A stretch of 64,000 nucleotides of DNA. Origin: Octopus vulgaris. Taxonomy: Eukaryota. This document shows, piece by piece, positions 55,706 to 64,000 of the stretch; position 1 is the first letter of the stretch; each line of letters starts with the position of its first letter. The stretch is taken from assembly GCA_951406725.2 (NCBI GenBank), contig OX597825.1, positions 22,940,001 to 23,004,000 on the forward strand, read 5' to 3'. The notes under the pieces are model-generated. The model did no database searches, was not told the origin of the DNA, and saw only the letters and a list, made by a program, of their open reading frames with translations. Position numbers and translations under genes: made by a program.

Positions 55706-57970
55706 ACTTTACCATTACTTTACATCAGAAACAGCTACGTGGCTGATAAAACGAATACTTTTTTAATATGACTTACCACATCTCATGCACAACAAAAGCC
55801 AATTCTCCATAGCCCTCCGCAAAATGTTTAATTTATACCAGCGCTACAGCTGTTGGAAAAACTAGAGATCTGCAGGACCTTGAAAATTTGTCTCTCTCTC
55901 CAAAACTGGCTGACAAATAACTAAGAAACAGAAATTTTGCAATACCAATGTCAGAACCACGAAAGATGTCTTCGGAGTTTGCCCAGCCCTCGAGTTATTC
56001 TACCCTCAAACAGCATCCGATACTTTTAGTCTCTTACTAAAAGAATATCCACTATAACTTTGAAGAATTCATTTTTGCTTCTTCTCCACCACACAGTCAA
56101 AATGTCTCTGTCAGTGGCATCCCCAAGGAAACAGCATGCTTCCACCCCTGCATTGCACTTTGCATCCAAAACAATGTAACTCGAGTAATTAACATAAAAA
56201 TTCACCCGCAAAACGCTTTAGTCTTTCTGCTTTAGATTCACTTTTCTGTCTTTCTGCCTTTTCGACTGCAACTATAATGAATGCTGTTCCTCGGATCTTG
56301 CTGTTATCACGGCACCTCTGCCCACGCGAATACTACTCCCTTATCTCACCTCATCTGATCATTCATTTTGTCTCCAATCTCCAAAACTGTCCCACACAAA
56401 CGACCACGTCCTCCCTCCTCACCAGAATCTTCTCCCTGTTCAACTATTTCTGGCAGATGACAAATTCTGACAGCTCAACCCGAACATTAATAGCATCAAT
56501 TTCTCTGTTCTTAAAGAAACTGCGAAGGCCAGGCACATACTTTCAATTTGAACCGATCCTACTTATATTATGAGTCGAAACCTAAACGACGTACGTTTGC
56601 CCTTCGTCCTGCCAGGTCAATAAAATTTGGCGCTCTACAATAGACTAATACTGCATTGAATTTAACCTATTATATCTCGCTCCAAACTGCGTGGCATTGT
56701 GCCTCTATTAATATTTCTGAGAGCTTAAAACTACGACTAGGGATAAGTTTAATACCTGCTTCTTTGCACGTTCACTAATTTTAATAAATTTCTTTGTGTT
56801 TGTGCATGAGCAATTGTCCTAATTTTAAGCTTAAAATGCAATGATATTTTAAGTCTTTCCCAAGTATGCGAAAGCGGATAACAGACTTGTTTAAGCACAA
56901 TCGCCACTCCGCTATAGAAAAGAATTCATTGAAATACATTTCTTTAGCTATACTGGTTTATCTGATCTTTTTTTCCCCTTCTTTTAAAGATTCTTTAATA
57001 CGTTTTTCAATTCATTACTTTTATTAACGCCTTGTTCTTCCTCAACTAAAAACTTTTCGTTAGTAAATTTCTTATAAATTCTTTTTGTTACTTTATATTT
57101 ATTTGCTCACGTTTTTGTTCTGCTTTCAATCTTCAATTTCTAAATCACTTTCTTGGTTAAAAATAAAATTAACTCACCAAGTAAAATAACGATAAAACAT
57201 TCTGCGTTAAAATATCAAAGAAATTTTTTTTTTGTAAAAAAACCATCTTCTGCAAATGCAAGAAATATAAAGAGAATATTTAAAAGCGTAAGGTAAAAGG
57301 AAATTGTAAATACTATCATATTAGATATAAAATGTATAATATCCTTTCTTTTTTTTAATCATTTATTTTGATTGCAATATATTTTCATTTAAAATAATAT
57401 TCCATGTGATATTAATGATGTTACATAAATTATTAGATGTTTCAGTCATTGAATTTTATCTGTGAGAAAAAAAAAATATATTTATGAGACTGAAGAATTT
57501 TGACAGAAAAGTGCAATAGTGATATTAGAAACCGTTCGTAGAAAAGGATACATTCAAGTAAACAGTAAACAGAGGATCCAAAATCATATGAATATTTCCA
57601 TTATGTTAGTATCAAAATGAAACTGAAAAATTAATAGTAGGACGTACGTTTTGAAGTCGTTGAAGATTGATAATATTGATTCAAAAGAAATGGTTAATGG
57701 GATTAGCATCAACGCATAAATATGTTATTGCTGTGTTCTTTCAATCGATTGGAAAAGTTAAAATAAACATCGTTTATATTACTGCAGCAAAAAAAAAAAA
57801 ATTGATTATATTTTATCAATTAAGAACATGGGAAGTCTATCTAAAATTATTCTGTTCTTGTGCTGATTAATTCTTAGTTGTTTCTGACGAAAACAAAAAA
57901 AGACTATAGTTAGATCCCTTCTAGCCGTGACATCCCAGTATGATTTTATACCCAAATACCCATCAACAGT

Positions 57971-58270
57971 GGAGGTACATGGCCTAGTGGTTAGAGCAGT
58001 GGACTCGCGGTCGAGGGATTGCGGGTTCGAATCTCAGACCAGGCGATGTGTGTGTTTATGAACGAAAAACCTAAGCTCCACATGGCTCCGGCAGAAAGTA
58101 ATGGCGAACTTCTGCTGACTCTTTCGCCACAACTTTCTCTCTTTCTTTCCTCCTGCATCTTGCAGCTTACCTGCGAAGGGCCGGCAACCCGTCCAGGTGG
58201 TGAACCTATACGCTAAGGAAACCGGGAAACCGGCCCTTATGAGCCAAGCATGGCTCGAGAAGGAATAAAA
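57971..58270 (+). mobile_element. SINE family C, full length
   Basis: Homology to 5651 and 59694. Confidence 0.9.
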
Positions 58271-58386
58271 CAAAACCCATCGACACCTGCCCCCACACAC
58301 ACAAACATACACACATATATATATAAATTTAACAGAATGAGATCAAAATCCAAGGGTGTGAAAGATTTCTGGACATTTATAAAGAG

Positions 58387-58434
58387 GTCTTACATCTGTT
58401 TCCCGGATATTTTATATATCCCTTCATCGGAGAC
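58387..58434 (-). ncRNA. hammerhead ribozyme (U4C variant) in a Penelope-like terminal fragment (~58320-58700)
   Basis: Minus strand gtct-CCGATGA-AG-GGATAT-ataaa-ATATCC-GG-GAAAC-AGAT-GTA-AGAC; same family as 1-95. Confidence 0.7.
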
Positions 58435-58800
58435 GGTATGAGAAAATGGTTAAGCAATAGTTATTCTAGATAAGATATGAAATAGGGAGTGAAGTGGAGG
58501 AATGAAAACAGGGATAGTGTATCTACAGTTCCATTATTTAAGCAGAATGGTATGCTTATAATGGTATACACTATCCCTGCATATCTCACGTCTGTTTTCA
58601 TTCCTGTTGGTCTCTCACTGTTTTCATATCCGTATTGTACATTACAGATGAAAATATCTGATTCCGAAAATGATTTTGTAAAGTATTTCAGCGGCATCAT
58701 TACATGATCTTACACCACAAACAGTGTACTTCAATTGGCTTGCGTTATATCTGTGTGTGTGCGGCGGGGGTGAGTGAGTGTGTATAAATGCGTAAGTATA

Positions 58801-59688
58801 CAGAATGCAATGGGTAAATTGTTACCATTTTATATATTTAATTTCGCGTATCTTCATTGTTGTTTTTGATTTTGTCGATAACACAGTATAGCAGGGTCAG
58901 TTGTTCACCGTCCGTGAGGAAAACAGCACAATGACGCAATTCATTCTGTCAGAAATTTGGAAACGACATACCGTACTACTTGGCATTCGTGCCAGAAGCT
59001 CCAATACGAACATTTCAGAGTGTTTGGGTGCCAATCTGTGGAAAGTGCAATCTCAGGACATGTACCGAGAGTGATAAACATCAAACATCCAGTCAACATT
59101 GTGGTGTTTGGAGTGGTCATTAGTGATGGTGTCGTTATGCCTCCATTCATCTTCCCACACTGTCTAACACTCAACACGGAGGCCTACATCAAATGCCTGA
59201 AGGCGGTAGTGCTGCCCTGAGTCAAGAGGGTAACTGCTGGAAGACCCTATGTCTGGTAACGAGATTCTGCAGCATGCCACAGATGCAGGAGAACCCAGTT
59301 ATGGCTGTCAGACAATTTCTGCAAACACATCACCCCTAAAATCTGGTCACCTAACTCCCCAGACTGCAACCCTCTTGATTGTTATGTGGGGCGCGGTTGA
59401 GTGAGAGACCAAAATATTTGCTTGCAATACCAAATATGAACTGAAGGCAAAGATTATGACAGCATTCACCAACTTAAGCAAGGAGAAAATCCAGAAGAGT
59501 TGCAGGAATTCTGAAGTCATCTGCAGGCCGTGATTGACGCCAATGGTGAGTTTATTGAATAAATTTCAGTATTTAGTACTTCAAGTTTTCTTTTACGTAA
59601 TTTTGGTAAATGTATCTGTTAGAATTAGATGTCAGTGTTATTGACATTTTTGCGTGATTTAGAAGACAGTTTATCCCATCGCCACCTG
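58801..59688 (+). mobile_element. internally deleted Tc1/mariner DD37D (maT-type) transposon; transposase pseudogene
   Basis: KHPVNIVVFGVVISDG..MPPFIFP..GRPYVW*RDSAACH..WSPNSPDCNPLD with 37 residues between the last two D; imperfect TIRs cagaatgcaatgggtaaattgt / acagtttatcccatcgccacctg flanked by TA. Confidence 0.9.
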
Positions 59689-59693
59689 TATAT

Positions 59694-59994
59694 GTTTGTT
59701 CCTTCTCGAGCAACGCCTGGCTCATAGGCCCGGTTTCCCGGTTTCCTTGGAGTATAGTTTCCTCCCTGGACGGGACGCCGGTCCGTCGCAGGTGAGCTGC
59801 AAGATTGCAGGAGGAAAGGGTGAGAGAAAGTTGTGGCGAAAGAGTCAGCAGAACTTCGCCATTACCTTCTGCCGGAGCCGCGTGAAGCTTAGGTATTTCG
59901 ATTATAAACAAACACATCGCCCGGTCTGAGATTCGAACCCGCGATCCCTCGACCGCGAGTCCACTGCTCTAACCACTAGGTCATGTGCCTCCAC
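59694..59994 (-). mobile_element. SINE family C, full length
   Basis: Reverse-complement homology to family C. Confidence 0.9.
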
Positions 59995-60243
59995 AACCTG
60001 TAGATGTGTGTGTTTGTATGCATGCATGTATATTAATGTATTAAAGCACGCATTTCCATTAAGTGGAAGAGACTGATAATTTTATATAAAGGTATGAGTA
60101 TAAATTTTAACCTATTCTTGAACCTGGCATTATTAATAACAAATACACACTTTACATTAATGAATTGACATCAGACTTAGGAACGAATGCATTAGTTTTC
60201 TTTTATATGGCCAGCGGAGACAAAATATCTATCTATCTATCTT

Positions 60244-60281
<38 letters not shown>

Positions 60282-60841
60282 GATCTCTACACACACACAC
60301 ATATATATGCATATTTGTAAATACATATTCACACATATATATAGTTACGAATATTATGTAGTGTGTGTGTATTATGTATGTATTTATATATATACATATA
60401 TATACACACACATACACAAACACACACACCACACACACAAACACGCACACACATATATATGAGATGCTAATTTTTGAGAATTTGCTTAATATTTTAAAAT
60501 TTGTAGTAAGTTTCAAAACTTGAAGAAGTCAGGCAGAAAAATTCAATATTCTAAAAGGATAGACTATCTGAGCAAAAATGCTGGTAATTATGCTGAACAA
60601 TTCGACGAGGTTATAAGTCAAAGAATCAGGAAAATATCCACGATTGATTGACATATTCGAAATAGACTTACAGACGAAGTAAAAGAAATATTATATGGCT
60701 TATAAGAAACAATGTACAAATGAACGGATGATGTACTTGTTAACTTATGTCTGAAAAGTAAATATTATGCAAACACAGAAACATGCGCGCGCGACAATTA
60801 CACACACACAAACACACATTCACCCACATACTCACACACAT

Positions 60842-60876
<35 letters not shown>

Positions 60877-60877
60877 T

Positions 60878-61215
<338 letters not shown>

Positions 61216-62022
61216 TATAATGTATAAAAAATTTATTTTCTTTCTGAACGAAGCTATCTGTATACGCGTGACTATATACATGTATGCGTGTAAATGCATT
61301 GAACATTTGTATCTATATATAAATATAAGTATACCTACATACATATATATGTAGTTTTGCACAATGCAGTGAGAATGAATTTGAGTCACTGTTAGCATAA
61401 TTTACTTTAAGATATGGATGAATCGAGTTTAGCTTTAACCTCGCCATTCCTGTAAACACCAAGTAGCTATGTGAACCTCTGTGCACCAGACAACAGGTAT
61501 ACCTAAAATTACGTCTTCGTGGATGCTTGTATGAGCGAGAGTACATGTAATATGCAGCTTGTGCGTGGGCGTTTATACATAGATATCCGTTAGCAGTTAT
61601 CTTTAGTACTATTCTCGCTGTATTATGTGTTCATTTCTCTTTCGCATTTGTTATGTTATTTTTGCTCTTGTATGAAAATGAAGATATATTCTGTGTTGGT
61701 GCTTTTCAGTTTACAAAATGAGAAGATACATTGCCATTGGCGCAAAATTCGAATTCATGGTATCATATTAACTGGTATTCCTTCTGCATCTTTGCAGAAT
61801 TAAGGCACTATTCTTATTCACTAAATTTTTTTTCCGATCAAGCCTTTTTATTTAGTAATTCTCCTGTGGCTTAGGAGTATTTTGACTTCTATTTTTAGCG
61901 AAGCAGGTGCTTACGTAGTACCCTAGTATATAATTATTAATTTTGCTTATACGGCTTTTACGATCGCGGTCACTAACGTTATTATGTTTAAGAATAATAA
62001 TGTTCTCTTTTATATATATATA

Positions 62023-62390
62023 GGCGCAGGAGTGGCTGTGTGGTAAGTAGCTTGCTTATCAACCACATGGTTCCGGGTTCAGTCTTCTACTAAAGCCTCG
62101 GGCCGACCAAAGCCTTGTGAGTAGATTTGGTAGACGGAAATTGAAAGATGCCTGTATATATATGTGTGTGTGTGTATGTGTTTGTGTGTCTGTATTTGTC
62201 CCTCAACATCGATTGACAACAGATGCTGGTGTGTTTAAGTCCCCGTAACATAGCGGTTCGGCAAAAGAGTCCGATAGAATAAATACTAAGCGTACAAAGA
62301 ATAAGGCCTGGGGTCGATCTGCTCGACTAATGGCGGTGCTCCAGCATGACCGCAGTCAAATGACTGAAACAAGTAAAAGAGAGAAAGAGA
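62023..62390 (+). mobile_element. SINE family A
   Basis: Homology to family A. Confidence 0.9.
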
Positions 62391-62481
62391 AAGATAATAT
62401 ATATATATATATCAAGAAAAGTTTCATAGTGACTTCCAAGTTATGACTTGTATTATGTTAATAATATTTATATATATATAA

Positions 62482-62690
62482 ATGTGACATCGTGTGTACC
62501 GTTGCGATTTTTTTCCACTGTCTTCCTTTCTCGGGATCTTTCCTTCTCCTATGTTTCCGACGAAGAGCTCCGCTCGAAACGTTAAACCCTCCTTCTTCCC
62601 TTCTTTCCTGAGCGTCCAATAATACTATATTTGTTCCACGTCCTCGCGTTGTTGTGGGGTTTTTTTGTGTTTTCTTGTTTGGATTAACTA
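62482..62690 (+). mobile_element. short pLTR-like element with minimal HHR (62553-62587)
   Basis: gttt-CCGACGA-A-GAGC-tcc-GCTC-GAAAC-GTT-AAAC; cctgagcgtccaataatact. Confidence 0.75.
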
Positions 62691-62700
62691 TATATATATA

Positions 62701-63900
62701 CCCCTCTGCGAAAAGATCTCAGAATTTTAATTGATTTGCTTTTCGCAGGAAGTTTCTTCGAAGTATACATCTCGCTTTTATCCTTCGAAACGTAGAGTAG
62801 ATGAAACCTTAGCGACTGAAGAAGGGGATTTTTCGTTGTGCTTATTGTCCTGTATCTCTTTTTTTCTTTTTTGCTTGTCCTGTTCCTTGGTTTGTGTCTA
62901 TGTTTTTCGTCTCTCTATGTGTTCGACGTCTTTTTGGTGTACTGTACACATATATGCGTGTATATGTACATGTAGAGGTAGGTACGTACATATATGTTTA
63001 TATATATGCATATGTTCTATTTTATTAACATATTATACGACTAAACGCACGCACCCTATTAAGTAAGATTGTTCTGTTTATCAAGTTAGCCTTGATATTA
63101 ACTCTCACGCGACTCTGCATCTTTCTTTCTTTCTCTCCCATTCCCTTTTTCGTCCTTTTTCCCTCACTTAACTTGTCTCTTCCTCTCTCTCTCATTCTTC
63201 ATTCTCTCTCTCCCCCTCACCATTCTTCATGGTCTCCTCGCACCATTCCCCTTCTTCTCTCTCTTCCTCTTGCTCCTCCTCCCCCATTCCCGTCGTCCAT
63301 CTGCGACGATACTTCCGTCGTAACTGCTATCCTGTCTTTTCTCGCCCGCCTTCTAAGGCCACTGGTCGACATTCTTTCTCTCTCGTCGTCCACTATAATC
63401 CAGCGTTTGCATTACTTTTTTCGTCTGGCGTAAACAGCCCTTCTTATCTTGTTCTCCTTGTCCTGTCTCTCACTGTTATATATTTATTTTTCATCTGTTT
63501 ATATATAATTTTTTTTACTGTTTATATGTTTGTACTGTCGTTACCATCTTGCTTTTTTTACTATTTTTTACCCCTCTGCGAAAAGATCTCAGAATTTTAA
63601 TTGATTTGCTTTTCGCAGGAAGGAAGTTTCTTCGAAGTTTACGTCTCGCTTTTATCCTTCGAAACGTAGAGTAGATGAAACCTTAGCGACTGAAGAAGGG
63701 GATTTTTCGTTGTGCTTATTGTCCTGTATCTCTTTTTTTCTTTTTTGCTTGTCCTGTTCCTTGGTTTGTGTCTATGTTTTTCGTCTCTCTATGTGTTCGA
63801 CGTCTTTTTGGTGTCCTGTACACATATATGCGTGTATATGTACATGTAGAGGTAGGTACGTACATATATGTTTATATATGTGCATATGTTCTATTTTATT

Positions 63901-63907
<7 letters not shown>
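62701..63907 (+). mobile_element. partial tandem (870-bp unit, ~1.4 copies) of a CT-rich, pLTR-like element in (TA)n
   Basis: 62701-63033 is nearly identical to 63571-63907. Confidence 0.7.
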
Positions 63908-63957
<50 letters not shown>

Positions 63958-64000
63958 GTATATATGTATGTATGTATATATGTATGTATATATATATATA

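Noticed and set aside
54650-56520. Strand-biased unique sequence with minus-strand CMRCGK...CAKQLW, possibly an old L1/Tx1 LINE
   Set aside because: No RT motif could be read; insufficient support

Overview
AT-rich, microsatellite-saturated eukaryotic DNA. The SINE families and (TA)n/(TG)n/(TATG)n/(GATA)n load suggest an octopus-type cephalopod genome (inference). No intact protein-coding gene is evident, and almost all ORFs in the track are microsatellite or SINE read-throughs. The window holds three tRNA-headed SINE families (~30 copies), Penelope-like (GIY-YIG) retroelement remnants, an RTE LINE 3' end, an internally deleted DD37D (maT) Tc1/mariner element, a MITE and a ~535-bp inverted duplication. 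The main signal is an unusually dense set of hammerhead ribozyme (HHR) motifs, about 18 including degenerate ones, in several architectures: (i) a retrozyme-like family of ~480-bp tandem units, each with a type I HHR and a covarying downstream helix (20.6-21.2 kb, 22.8-23.6 kb, 45.2-45.4 kb); (ii) ~200-bp elements with minimal HHRs inserted in (TA)n; (iii) long fold-back rods with an HHR at the apex. Collinear, stop-riddled + strand fragments from ~11.9 to 34.7 kb resemble a decayed ionotropic glutamate receptor gene (by-eye inference, needs an HMM test).
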